A stretch of 64,000 bases of DNA from the NCBI GenBank assembly GCA_031413515.1, contig JANOFF010000031.1, positions 131,166-195,165 on the forward strand, read 5' to 3'. A program made the position numbers and the translations under genes. The notes under the pieces are model-generated. The model was not told the origin of the DNA. It did not search any database and saw only the letters and a list, made by a program, of their open reading frames with translations. This DNA is from a bacterium (GTDB lineage Bacteria > Myxococcota_A > UBA9160 > UBA4427). Of this stretch, positions 8,419 through 18,129 are shown one piece after another (position 1 is the stretch's first letter; every line of letters starts with the position of its first letter).

Positions 8419-9545
8419 TCGGCGACGCCCCGCCCGGTGCGCGCGAGCAGGAACAGGGCGACGGACGCGAAGACCAGCGTCGGCGCCCACAGCCCGAACG
8501 CCGGCCCCACGACACCGCTGCGGGCCAGCACCTGCCCGCCCGCAATCAACGCGTAGTAGCTCCCGACGAGTGCGGCGCACAGCACGATGCCGGTCGATCG
8601 CCCGCCGCGCCGCACCCGCAGCCCGAGCGGGACCGCGGCGATCGAGAACAGCAGCGGCGCGAGCGGCAGTGCGAAGCGGCGCTGGATCTCGATCGCGTAT
8701 TCGATCGGATCACGTTCATCGAGTCCGAACAGGGCGTCCCCTCGCTCGGCGCGCTCGAGTACCGCGCGCAGGTCGTCGAGACTCATCTGGCGCGGTCGCA
8801 CGGGCGAGTAGGCGCGGCCGAGCAGGCCGCCGATGTCGAACGCGTAGGAGAGTTCTTCGAACGACATCCGCTGCTCGTCGCCCGGATCGGCGGCTTGCGG
8901 GACGATCTGGATGTCGCCTTCGGACAGCTCGAACCGCAGGACGTCGCCTGCGTCGTCGAACACCAGGCGGCCCCGTTCGGCGAAGATCCGCAGCAGCCGG
9001 GCCGGATTCGAGTAGTCGGCGATCATGACTCCCTCGAGCCCGCCCTTTCGATCCCGGCCATCGACGAAGACGAGTCGATCGCCGATCACGCGGAAGCGTC
9101 CCGGCTCGAGGATGCCGCCCTTCGTCGCGGTCCTCTCGAAGATCGCCACCATCTCGCTCCGCGCGCCGTGCTCGACCGAGATGATCAACCACGCGCTCAG
9201 CAGTGCGGCCAGGGCTCCGAGCGCGATGGCGGGGCCGAGCAGCGGACCGATCCCGATCCCGCAGCTCTGCATCGCGAGGATCTCACCGTCACCGGACATC
9301 CGCTGGAGGGCGAGCAGCAGTCCGAACACGAGGGCGATGGGAGTCGCATACGAAGCCAGCACGGGGATCAGCGACCAGAGGACGGCGGCGAAGTCGGCGG
9401 CCGTCATTCCGATCATCGTGAGATCGTCGAGTCGTGTGACGAGATTCTGGCTGGTCAGCAGCAGCACCACGGCCAGGAATCCCAGCGCGGTGTAGAGCGC
9501 GGTCTCACGGGTGAACTCGAGAGCGAGGATTCGCGGAACGCGCAT
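8415..9545 (-). CDS. LptF/LptG-family LPS export permease (YjgP/YjgQ)
   Basis: Three N-terminal TM helices, a soluble middle domain (GRFRVIGDRLVFVD...) and three C-terminal TM helices, giving the LptF/G architecture and size. I cannot tell F from G. Confidence 0.75.
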   Translation of the reverse strand: MRVPRILALEFTRETALYTALGFLAVVLLLTSQNLVTRLDDLTMIGMTAADFAAVLWSLIPVLASYATPIALVFGLLLALQRMSGDGEILAMQSCGIGIGPLLGPAIALGALAALLSAWLIISVEHGARSEMVAIFERTATKGGILEPGRFRVIGDRLVFVDGRDRKGGLEGVMIADYSNPARLLRIFAERGRLVFDDAGDVLRFELSEGDIQIVPQAADPGDEQRMSFEELSYAFDIGGLLGRAYSPVRPRQMSLDDLRAVLERAERGDALFGLDERDPIEYAIEIQRRFALPLAPLLFSIAAVPLGLRVRRGGRSTGIVLCAALVGSYYALIAGGQVLARSGVVGPAFGLWAPTLVFASVALFLLARTGRGVAE

Positions 9546-9602
9546 GCCCGAGTATCCTACTCCCTCCCGCTTCGGACGTTCACCTCCACGCCCTGGATCA
9601 CG

Positions 9603-10754
9603 ATGTCACGCTGCCCGAACGTGCTGCGCGTTCCGCCGTTGGCCGAGCGGATCCTGGTGATCCGACTCGGCGCCCTCGGTGATGTCGTGCGCACGATTCC
9701 GGCAGTGGCTCGGCTGCGGGATCTGTATCCCGCGAGCCGGATCACCTGGCTGGTCGAGCCGGCGTCGGCGGGCCTGGTCGCGCTGGCGCCCGCGGTCGAC
9801 GACGTGCTCGTGTTTCCGCGTGCCGAACTGGTCCGGCAGATCCGATCGGGTCGCATCGACCGACTGGCGAGCGTGCTGCACCACCTGAGCGGGGCGCTGA
9901 GGGCGCCGCGCTTCGATCTCGTGATCGACTTCCACGGAATCCTGAAGAGCGGCGTGCTCGCCTGGTCGACCGGTTCGCCGATCCGGGTCGGTGCCGCGCC
10001 GCCCCACGCACGCGAGGGCAGCTGGCTCCTGATGACGCATCGCGCCGACCTCGGTCCCCTCGAGCGGAGCCGATACGAACGCAATGCCGGGATCGTCGCC
10101 AGTCTCGCGGGCGAGACTTCCAATAAGCCCGACACTCTCAACAAGCCCGACACGATGAGCGCGTTCCTGGCGGTGCCCCGCGCGGCGAAAGAATCCGTGA
10201 CCGCGCGTCTCGAAGGCGGGATTGCGGGGGTGGTGCTGCATCCCGGATCCAGCCCCGGGACCGACTACAAGCGCTGGGCGCCCGAGCGGTTCGCCGCGCT
10301 GGCCCGCCGGCTCGCCGGCGAGACAGGAGCTCGCTGTCTGGTGACGAGCGGTCCCGACGAAGCAGAGCATCGCCTGGCCCGCGAGATCGTGGCGGCTTCG
10401 CACGGAGCAGCCCGGCTCGCTCCGGCCAGCCGGGATCTGGCAGAACTCGCGGCCCTGCTCGAGATGTCACCGCTGTTCATCGGGAGCGACAGCGGGCCGC
10501 TGCATCTCGCCGCCCTGCTCGGCACGCCGGTCGTCCAGATCCTCGGCCCGACGGATCCCGTCGAGAACGCGCCGTTCGCCTCGACACCGAGTCGTGTCGT
10601 GCGCGTGCCGGTCCCGTGCAGTCCCTGCCGCCGCGGCTGCGGGACGCCGGTCTGCATGGATGCGGTGACGGTCGAGCCGGTCGTCGAAGCGGCGCGCGCT
10701 CTGCTCGCCGGATGCGCCGATGTCCGCACTTCGCTGCCGTGGCGTGCCGCGTGA
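9603..10754 (+). CDS. Glycosyltransferase family 9 (LPS heptosyltransferase-like)
   Basis: RILVIRLGALGDVV near the N-terminus and GSDSGPLHLAALLGTP near the C-terminus are GT9 hallmarks. ATG at 9603; the track ORF from 8895 is an artefactual upstream extension. Confidence 0.85.
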   Translation: MSRCPNVLRVPPLAERILVIRLGALGDVVRTIPAVARLRDLYPASRITWLVEPASAGLVALAPAVDDVLVFPRAELVRQIRSGRIDRLASVLHHLSGALRAPRFDLVIDFHGILKSGVLAWSTGSPIRVGAAPPHAREGSWLLMTHRADLGPLERSRYERNAGIVASLAGETSNKPDTLNKPDTMSAFLAVPRAAKESVTARLEGGIAGVVLHPGSSPGTDYKRWAPERFAALARRLAGETGARCLVTSGPDEAEHRLAREIVAASHGAARLAPASRDLAELAALLEMSPLFIGSDSGPLHLAALLGTPVVQILGPTDPVENAPFASTPSRVVRVPVPCSPCRRGCGTPVCMDAVTVEPVVEAARALLAGCADVRTSLPWRAA

Positions 10755-11845
10755 GCGTCGGGCATGAAGTCGCGCAGCAGATCCTCGTGCGCGCACCGAA
10801 CTGGCTCGGCGATCTGGTGATGGCGACGCCCGGGCTGCGGGCCCTGCGTGCGGCCTCTCCGGAGGCCACGATCAGCGTGCAGCTGCGCGAAGGGCTCGAG
10901 CCCGTGCTCGCCGGATCTCCCGATGTCGACCGCTGCATCGTGCTGCGCCGCTCCGCCTGGCGGTTGCGGGATCTGGTCGAAGGCGCCCGCGCGTCGCGCC
11001 GCTCCGGTGGATACGATCTCGGGCTCTGTCTGCCGGATTCGTTCTCATCGGCGCTCCTGCTGCGCGTGTCGGGCGCGCGACGGGTGGTCGGCTACCGGCG
11101 CGGTGGACGCGCTGCTCTGCTCGATCTCGCCGTGCCGCGTGACGAGCATCGGCGTTCCGGCGGGTTGATCGCACGCGAGCGTCATGTGCTCGGGCTGCTC
11201 GACGCGATCGGGATCCACAGCGAGGACGGTTCGCTGCGCCTCTGCACGACCGCCGCGGAGGAACGCGCGGCGACCGGCTGCTTCGAACGTCATGGCGTCG
11301 TCGAGGACGCGATGCCGATCGTCGCGCTGGCACCCGGTGCCGGTTACGGATCCTCCAAGTGCTGGCCCGCCGAGCGCTTCGCCGAACTCGGCCGCGCCCT
11401 CGTGCACGACGGAGCGCGCGTGATCCTGCTCGGCTCGCCGACCGAATCGGGTCTGTGCACCCGGGTCGCCGCTGCGATGCGCGCGCCGTCGATCGATCTG
11501 TCCGGGCAGCTCGATCTCGGCGTCCTCAAGGCGGTCATCCGACGTGCGTCGCTGCTGGTCTGCAACGATGCGGGCGCGCGTCATGTGGCCGTCGCCTTCG
11601 GTGTGCCCTGCATCGTGTTCTTCGGTCCGACGAGCGTGGCCAAGACTCCGCGCAACCTCGAACTCGTCGATGTGGTCGAGCGCGACGAATCCTGCCGGCC
11701 CTGCTATCTGCGCGAGTGTCCGATCGACCACCGCTGCATGACGGGAATCGCCGCAGCCCCGGTGATCGCGCTCGCACGGCGGCATCTCGAACGAGCGCGA
11801 AGCGCCCCGCTGTGGGCGATCCCGGATGCGGGCCGCTCCGCGTGA
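10751..11845 (+). CDS. Glycosyltransferase family 9 (second heptosyltransferase, WaaF-like)
   Basis: ILVRAPNWLGDLVMATP and CNDAGARHVAVAFGVP motifs. GTGA overlap with the preceding GT9 gene. Confidence 0.85.
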   Translation: MSVGHEVAQQILVRAPNWLGDLVMATPGLRALRAASPEATISVQLREGLEPVLAGSPDVDRCIVLRRSAWRLRDLVEGARASRRSGGYDLGLCLPDSFSSALLLRVSGARRVVGYRRGGRAALLDLAVPRDEHRRSGGLIARERHVLGLLDAIGIHSEDGSLRLCTTAAEERAATGCFERHGVVEDAMPIVALAPGAGYGSSKCWPAERFAELGRALVHDGARVILLGSPTESGLCTRVAAAMRAPSIDLSGQLDLGVLKAVIRRASLLVCNDAGARHVAVAFGVPCIVFFGPTSVAKTPRNLELVDVVERDESCRPCYLRECPIDHRCMTGIAAAPVIALARRHLERARSAPLWAIPDAGRSA

Positions 11846-12849
11846 GCGGTCTTTCGATCGTCGTCGTCAGCTGGAACACGCGCGAGCTGACCCTCGCCTG
11901 CCTCGATGCCGCCGTCGCGGCGGCCTCGGAGTTCTGCACCGCAACCGCTGTTGCGAGCGAAGTGTGGCTGGTCGACAACGGCTCGCAGGACGGCACGGCG
12001 CAAGCCGTCCGGGCGCAGTACCCGAGCGTCGGGGTCGTCGTCCTGCCCGACAACGGTGGCTTCGCGGTCGGCGCGAATGCGGGCTTCGCGGCGGCCAGCG
12101 GCGACGTGTTTCTCTGGCTGAACAGCGATGCGCGGATCGACGCGAAGGCGCTCATCGTGTGCTGGCGCCACCTCGCCACGCATCCCCGGGTCGGCATCGT
12201 CGCACCGCAGCTCCTGCATGCAGATGGTCGTCCTCAGCACTCCGCGCATGCGTTCCCGTCGTTGCTCGACGAGTTCGTGCCGGGCTTCCTGCTCGACTGG
12301 ATCCGACCGCGGCGAAGGCCGGCGAAGCGACTCGTCGGCGAGCGACCGATCGCCGTCGAGGCGGTCCAGGGAGCGGCGTTGTTCGCACGGCGAAGTGTGA
12401 TCGAGCGGGTGGGTCCCTTCTGCGACGCGTACTTCTTCTATCTCGAGGAGACGGATCTCTGCTGGCGTGCGGCGCGCGCGGGCTTCGCGGTCGAGCTGGT
12501 CCCGGAGGCGCGGGTCGTGCACGCCGCGGGCTCGAGCAGCAAGCGGATCGCTCCGGCGGCCAGCCGGATCGAATACCACCGTTCGCTCTATCGCTTTCTC
12601 GCAGAGCGACGGGGAATCGCGGCGATGCGCATCGCGGTCGCGATCCGCAGCGTACGCGGTGCGCTCGTGCTCGGTTTCCTCGCGCTCGGCAGCACGGTCT
12701 CAGCTGGTCTGCGTCGCCGTTTCGTCGAGCGGCGGACGCTGCTGGCCTGGCATCTGGCCGGTCGCCCGGCCGGGCAGGGGTTGTCGGTGCCAAGTCGAAC
12801 GACGCCCGGATCCCGCTCCGGAGCGTCTGCGGCTTGTGGGGTGGATTGA
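11842..12849 (+). CDS. Glycosyltransferase family 2
   Basis: SIVVVSWNTRELTLACLD, DNGSQDGT, NGGFAVGANAG and YLEETDLCWR, indicating a GT2 (rhamnosyltransferase-like) fold. GTGA overlap with the upstream gene. Confidence 0.8.
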   Translation: MSGLSIVVVSWNTRELTLACLDAAVAAASEFCTATAVASEVWLVDNGSQDGTAQAVRAQYPSVGVVVLPDNGGFAVGANAGFAAASGDVFLWLNSDARIDAKALIVCWRHLATHPRVGIVAPQLLHADGRPQHSAHAFPSLLDEFVPGFLLDWIRPRRRPAKRLVGERPIAVEAVQGAALFARRSVIERVGPFCDAYFFYLEETDLCWRAARAGFAVELVPEARVVHAAGSSSKRIAPAASRIEYHRSLYRFLAERRGIAAMRIAVAIRSVRGALVLGFLALGSTVSAGLRRRFVERRTLLAWHLAGRPAGQGLSVPSRTTPGSRSGASAACGVD

Positions 12850-12923
12850 TCGGCGCGACTCTTGGCGGCCGCGCCGCTGGATCCGATGGACGCGGCGGCG
12901 GATTGGACAGGAGAGCGTCGTCG

Positions 12924-13946
12924 ATGTCGGGGCGCAGGCGGGGCAGGATCGACGTGGCTCGGCTCGAGTCACTGCTCGTCCGCATGGCGCGCCAGCAGGT
13001 GCTGGTGATCGGTGACGTGCTGCTCGACGCCTATCTATGGGGCGTCAGCGAGCGGATCAGTCCCGAGGCGCCGGTTCCGGTCGTCCGCGTGGAGCGCGAG
13101 TCCTTCGCGCTCGGAGGTGCGGGCAACGTGGCGCGCAATCTGGTGGCACTCGGCGCCCGCTGCAGCCTGGTCGGAGTCGTGGGCGATGACGCGGCCGGTC
13201 AGCGCATCGCCGAGCTGGCTCTCGCCGACGGGATCGAGATCGATCTGGTGATCGACCCGGCACGTCCCACCAGCGCGAAGTCGCGGGTCGTGGCGCGGGG
13301 ACAGCAGATGTTGCGCATCGATCGCGAGACCGAGACACCGATCTCGTCGCAGACCCGCGCGGAGATCCTGGACGGGCTCGAACGCACCTCGGCGAAGGCT
13401 CGGGGCGTCGTCCTGGTCGACTACGGGAAGGGCATGCTGCCCCGGGCATTCTCGCGATCGCTGATCGGCCGCTTCACGAGGGCCGGGATCCCGGTGGCCG
13501 TCGACCCGAAGCACGACCTGATCGGCTATCGGGGCGCTGCCCTCGTCAAGCCGAACCGGGCCGAGGCGGCGAGGCTCGTCGGCGCGGCGGAGACGGCGAT
13601 CGGCGATTCGCTGCACTTGATCGATCGGCTGCGCGCCCGCGTGCCGGGCGCGGATCTCGCGATCACCGAGGGTGCGGGCGGGATGACGATCGCAGAAGCC
13701 GGCGAGGCGCCGATCCATGTCCCCACCGCGGTGCGGGAGATCTTCGACGTCCAGGGTGCGGGCGACACCACGATGGCGGCTATCTGGCTCGCGCGACTCG
13801 CCGGCGGTTCGCTGCTCGAATCGGCGCTGATCGCGAATGCGGCGGCCGGGGTCGTGGTCGGTAAGATTGGAACCGCATCCGCGCATCGGGAGGAAGTCGG
13901 AGAACGCCTCTCCGAGATCATCGATGCCTTCCGGGAGAATGCATGA
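12924..13946 (+). CDS. hldA: D-glycero-beta-D-manno-heptose-7-phosphate kinase (stand-alone HldE kinase domain, PfkB fold)
   Basis: VLVIGDVLLDAYLWG..ISPEAPVPVV and DVQGAGDT motifs, as in the RfaE/HldE domain I. About 340 aa, so there is no adenylyltransferase domain. The ATG is preceded by GGACAGGAGAG. Confidence 0.8.
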   Translation: MSGRRRGRIDVARLESLLVRMARQQVLVIGDVLLDAYLWGVSERISPEAPVPVVRVERESFALGGAGNVARNLVALGARCSLVGVVGDDAAGQRIAELALADGIEIDLVIDPARPTSAKSRVVARGQQMLRIDRETETPISSQTRAEILDGLERTSAKARGVVLVDYGKGMLPRAFSRSLIGRFTRAGIPVAVDPKHDLIGYRGAALVKPNRAEAARLVGAAETAIGDSLHLIDRLRARVPGADLAITEGAGGMTIAEAGEAPIHVPTAVREIFDVQGAGDTTMAAIWLARLAGGSLLESALIANAAAGVVVGKIGTASAHREEVGERLSEIIDAFRENA

Positions 13947-14833
13947 TCCAGAGCATGACGGGCTTCGGACGGGCCGCGTTCGAAGTGGCGGGCCGAAGTT
14001 TCGACATCGAGATCCGCAGCGTCAATCACCGTCATCTGGACATCCGCGTGCGCGTGCCGCGTCCGCTGTCGGACCACGAGGGACTGGCCAAATCGCTCGT
14101 GCAGGAGCGGATCGGACGGGGCAAGGTCGACGTCACGCTCACCCCCTCGGATCCCGGCCGGTCGGACTCCGCGATCCGGATCGATGCGGACGTAGCGGGT
14201 CAGTACGTCGCCGCAGCCCGGCGACTGACCGATCAGCATGGGTTGTCGGGCGCGCTCGACGTCTCGACCCTGATGGGCCTGCCGGGGGTGATGCGCTTCG
14301 ACGAAGCGGGGCTGCCCGCGGAAGAAATCGTCGTCGCCCTGCAGCGCGGCATGCGGACCGCGCTCGATGCGATGGTCGCGATGCGCTGCGAAGAGGGGCA
14401 GAACCTCGTCCGCGAACTCGAGGGGCGACTCGGCACGATCGTCTCCCTGGTCGAGTTCTTCGAGACCCGCTCGGCGCTGGTCGTGCAGGCGGTGCGCGAG
14501 CGGCTGCGCAAGCGGACCGAGCAGATCGCCAAGGACAGCGGGCTGTACGACGACGCGCGCCTGCATCAGGAAATCGTGATCGCCGCAGATCGGCTCGACA
14601 TCACGGAGGAACTCGTGCGGCTGCGCAGTCACGTCGACCAGTTCCGCTCGATCCTCTCGGGCGGAGGCGGAGAAGGTCCGATCGGGCGTCGCCTCGATTT
14701 CCTGTTGCAGGAACTTGGTCGGGAAGCGAACACCGTCGGTTCGAAGGCCAACGATGCTCCGCTCGCCCATCAGGTCGTCGAACTGAAGACCGAGATCGAG
14801 CGGATCCGGGAACAGGTGCAGAACATTGAGTAG
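13943..14833 (+). CDS. yicC: YicC-family stress-induced protein
   Basis: [12 protein letters not shown]-terminus and [14 protein letters not shown]-terminus. ATGA overlap with hldA. Confidence 0.85.
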   Translation: MIQSMTGFGRAAFEVAGRSFDIEIRSVNHRHLDIRVRVPRPLSDHEGLAKSLVQERIGRGKVDVTLTPSDPGRSDSAIRIDADVAGQYVAAARRLTDQHGLSGALDVSTLMGLPGVMRFDEAGLPAEEIVVALQRGMRTALDAMVAMRCEEGQNLVRELEGRLGTIVSLVEFFETRSALVVQAVRERLRKRTEQIAKDSGLYDDARLHQEIVIAADRLDITEELVRLRSHVDQFRSILSGGGGEGPIGRRLDFLLQELGREANTVGSKANDAPLAHQVVELKTEIERIREQVQNIE

Positions 14834-15158
14834 CGGGACGACGAAGGGCGGACGTCGACCGATTCGGGGCGCGCAGCCGGAGCCGCGCATTCCCGCGATT
14901 CCGACGCTGGTGAGCATCGGCTACGGCAATCTGGTGGCCGCGTCCCGGGTGGTGGCCATCGTCTCGCCCGGTTCTTCGCCGATGCGTCGGCTGCGCGAGC
15001 AGGCGTCCCAGAGCGGCAAGCTGATCGACGCCACCGAAGGCCGTCGCACGCGCTCGATCCTGGTCACCGACAGCGACCATGTGATCCTGTCCGCCATCAA
15101 TCCCGAGACGATCGCGACCCGCCTCGAACACGGTGGCGAACCGGAGCTCGGCGAATGA
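14826..15158 (+). CDS. remA: RemA/DUF370-family protein
   Basis: [29 protein letters not shown]...[31 protein letters not shown] is close to B. subtilis RemA. The start may be TTG 14826 or GTG 14910; the latter gives the usual length of about 83 aa. Confidence 0.85.
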   Translation: MSSGTTKGGRRPIRGAQPEPRIPAIPTLVSIGYGNLVAASRVVAIVSPGSSPMRRLREQASQSGKLIDATEGRRTRSILVTDSDHVILSAINPETIATRLEHGGEPELGE

Positions 15159-15868
15159 GCGGGCCGGGCCGCGTCGGGATCCCGTTCGTGGTGGCGGCGC
15201 CCTCGGGCACGGGCAAGACCACGGTCTGTCGCGCCTGTCTCGCGCGGGATCCCCTGCTCGAGTTCTCGGTCTCCCACACCACCCGGAAGGCACGGGCCGG
15301 CGAGCGGGACGGCGTCGACTACCACTTCGTCTCGCCGGCCGGATTCCGGCAGCTCGTCGAGCGGGGCGGCTTCGTCGAGCACGCGGAGTACGGCGGTCAG
15401 AACTATGGAACGAGCCACGAGGCGCTGCGCGGGCCGACGGAGGATCGCGGTCGCGATGTGCTGCTCGAGATCGAGGTGCAGGGGGCGGCCCAGGTGAGGG
15501 AACGCCGTCCCGACGCGCGCTTCATCTTCCTGCTACCCCCGAGCATGAAGGTGCTCGAGCAGCGCCTGCGCGGACGCGGGACCGACAGCGAGGACGCGAT
15601 CGAGCGGCGCCTCGGCGTCGCGGACCGCGAACTCGCAGCGATCCGCTTCTTCGACTATGCGGTGGTGAACGACGATCTCGAGCAGGCGATCAGGTCGGTG
15701 CTGGCGATCATCGCCGCCGAGCGGGACGGCCGCGCAGAAGCGCTGGCTGCGATCCGCGCCGCGCACGGCCGGGACGTCGTCCTGGCCGCCTGGCGGGAGG
15801 CCGGCGCGGAGGGGCGGAGCGACGCTCGCCCGGGGCTCGTGCGTGGCTCCGGATCGGCCGATGGGTGA
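15155..15868 (+). CDS. gmk: Guanylate kinase
   Basis: [10 protein letters not shown]-loop and [21 protein letters not shown]. Lies in the conserved yicC-remA-gmk arrangement. Confidence 0.9.
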   Translation: MSGPGRVGIPFVVAAPSGTGKTTVCRACLARDPLLEFSVSHTTRKARAGERDGVDYHFVSPAGFRQLVERGGFVEHAEYGGQNYGTSHEALRGPTEDRGRDVLLEIEVQGAAQVRERRPDARFIFLLPPSMKVLEQRLRGRGTDSEDAIERRLGVADRELAAIRFFDYAVVNDDLEQAIRSVLAIIAAERDGRAEALAAIRAAHGRDVVLAAWREAGAEGRSDARPGLVRGSGSADG

Positions 15869-15954
15869 GCCTGGGAGCCTGCCGATTTGCCGGCGCCCGA
15901 CCGTCTGAGTAGACTCGATACAACTACCTGATCTGGAAGGAGAATCGGTCTCGC

Positions 15955-18129
15955 TTGCTGCGCTTCAACGACATCGTCGACCGGATCCTCGAGTACAGCC
16001 CGAACATGGATCTCGAGCTGCTGCAGCGCGCCTACGTGTTCTCCGCGAAGGTGCACGAGGGTCAGGAGCGTCTGTCCGGTGAGCCGTACCTGATCCACCC
16101 GCTCGAAGTCGCCGGACTCGTCGTCGACCTGCGCATGGACGAGGTCACCGTCGCGGCGGCCCTGCTCCACGACACCCTCGAGGACACGCTCACCACTCGC
16201 GAAGAGTTGACCCGGCTGTTCGGCGAACAGGTCGCGTTCCTCGTCGAAGGTCTGACCAAGATCGCGAAGATCGAATTCAAGAGCGCGCGCGAACGGCAGG
16301 CGGAGAACTTCCGCAAGATGCTCGTCGCGATGTCGACCGACATCCGCATCCTGCTGATCAAACTCGCCGACCGTCTCCACAACATGCGGACGCTCGGGTT
16401 CATGCAGGACGAGTCGCGTCATCGCATCGCGCAGGAGACCCTCGACATCTACGTGCCGCTCGCGCATCGCCTCGGAATCCGCTGGATGATGCAGGAACTC
16501 GAGGACCTCGCGTTCCGCACGCTGCATCCCGAAGTCGCGGAGGACCTCGAACGCCAGCTCACCGGCAATCGCAAGGAGCGCGAGAAGTACATCGAGGAGG
16601 TGATCGGAGTCGTCTCGTCGAAGCTCCTCGAGGCGGGTCTGCAGACCGAGGTCAAGGGACGTCTCAAGGAACTCGCCTCGATCTACAAGAAGATGCAGGC
16701 CCAGGACATCAGCCTCGACCAGATGTACGACCTGATCGCGTTCCGGGTCGTGATCGATGGCCCGCCCGAATCCTGCTACACGGCGCTCGGCATCATCCAC
16801 GGCACCTGGCGCCCGGTGCCCTCGCGCTTCAAGGATTTTCTCGGCAATCCGAAACCGAACGGCTACCGGTCTCTCCACACCACGGTGATCGGCCCCTACG
16901 GCGAGCGCATGGAGGTGCAGATCCGCACGGACGAGATGGACATCGATGCCGAGTACGGCATCGCGGCACACTGGAAGTACAAGTCCGGGCACACCGAGGA
17001 CCACCAGCACGACGAGCGCTTCAACTGGCTTCGCCAGCTGCTCGAATGGCAGAGCCAGCTCGCCGACCCCCACGAGTTCCTCGATGCGGTGAAGATGGAT
17101 CTCTTCCCGGACGAGGTCTTCGTCTTCACGCCGCGGGGTGAGGTGATGAACCTGCCGCGCCGTTCGACGCCGATCGACTTCGCGTACGCGATCCACAGCG
17201 AGATCGGGGATCACTGCGCGGGCGCCAAGGTGAACGGCAAGCTGGTGCCGCTGCGCCACTTCCTGGTGGATGGCGACACGGTCGAGATCATCACCAGCGA
17301 ACATCAGGTACCGCGCAAGGACTGGTTGGAGTTCGTGGCGTCCGGCAAGGCGCGGAACCACATCCGCCACGCGATCCGCGCCACCGATCGCAGCCGTGCG
17401 CGCGAACTCGGCCGCGAGATCCTCTCCAGCGAACTGCGTCGCGCCGGGTTGTCGCTCGGCCAGCTCGAGACCTCGGGTGAGCTCGCCACGGTGGCAAAGA
17501 GCGAGATCCGCGGCGGCAGCGTCGACGATCTCTTCGCGGCGATCAGCTACGGGAAGGTCGCCGCCGGGGCGGTCCTGCAGAAGCTCCGGGGCGAAGAGGT
17601 GGCGCCGAAGCAGCCCGACAGCAAGCCTCTGCCCGTCAGCGGACGCCTGCTCGGGCTTTTCAAGCGGACGCCCCGCGATGCCTCGCCGCAGAGCGGCATC
17701 CGGGTCAGCGGACAGGCTGACGTGCTCGTGCGATTCGGCGGCTGCTGCGATCCGCTGCCGGGTGACGACGTGGTCGGCTTCGTGACCCGCGGTCGCGGGG
17801 TGACGGTGCATTCCCGCAGCTGTCCCCGCATCTTCGAACTCGATCCGCAGCGTCGGATCGACGTCGAGTGGGACAGCGTGAGCACGGTGCCGCGGAAAGT
17901 GCGCGTCCTCGTCACGTCCCGCGATCGACCGGGGATCCTCGCCAAGGTCACGAATGCGATCTCCGCCGCCGGCATCAACATCGCCGGCGTGAAGGTGACC
18001 ACCGACGACAAGAGCCACGCGCAGCAGAGCTACGAGCTGTGGGTCTCGAATACCCGGACCCTCGATGCGGTGCTCCGGGAGATCGCCCGCGTGAAGGGCG
18101 TCCTCTCGGTGGATCGCGTGCGCGGATGA
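15955..18129 (+). CDS. spoT: Bifunctional (p)ppGpp synthetase/hydrolase (RelA/SpoT homolog)
   Basis: HD hydrolase motif (HPLEVAGLV...LLHDTLEDT), synthetase motifs (GRLKELASIYKKM, DLIAFRVV, YRSLHTTV), TGS domain (VFVFTPRGEVMNLP) and an ACT-like C-terminus. TTG start lies 11 nt after GGAGA. Confidence 0.92.
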   Translation: MLRFNDIVDRILEYSPNMDLELLQRAYVFSAKVHEGQERLSGEPYLIHPLEVAGLVVDLRMDEVTVAAALLHDTLEDTLTTREELTRLFGEQVAFLVEGLTKIAKIEFKSARERQAENFRKMLVAMSTDIRILLIKLADRLHNMRTLGFMQDESRHRIAQETLDIYVPLAHRLGIRWMMQELEDLAFRTLHPEVAEDLERQLTGNRKEREKYIEEVIGVVSSKLLEAGLQTEVKGRLKELASIYKKMQAQDISLDQMYDLIAFRVVIDGPPESCYTALGIIHGTWRPVPSRFKDFLGNPKPNGYRSLHTTVIGPYGERMEVQIRTDEMDIDAEYGIAAHWKYKSGHTEDHQHDERFNWLRQLLEWQSQLADPHEFLDAVKMDLFPDEVFVFTPRGEVMNLPRRSTPIDFAYAIHSEIGDHCAGAKVNGKLVPLRHFLVDGDTVEIITSEHQVPRKDWLEFVASGKARNHIRHAIRATDRSRARELGREILSSELRRAGLSLGQLETSGELATVAKSEIRGGSVDDLFAAISYGKVAAGAVLQKLRGEEVAPKQPDSKPLPVSGRLLGLFKRTPRDASPQSGIRVSGQADVLVRFGGCCDPLPGDDVVGFVTRGRGVTVHSRSCPRIFELDPQRRIDVEWDSVSTVPRKVRVLVTSRDRPGILAKVTNAISAAGINIAGVKVTTDDKSHAQQSYELWVSNTRTLDAVLREIARVKGVLSVDRVRG

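Noticed and set aside
15655-18018. 787-aa ORF antisense to spoT/rel
   Set aside because: A shadow ORF typical of high-GC DNA. The sequence is low-complexity and Arg/Asp/Gly/His-rich with no recognisable motifs, while the sense strand encodes a complete, motif-perfect RelA/SpoT homolog.
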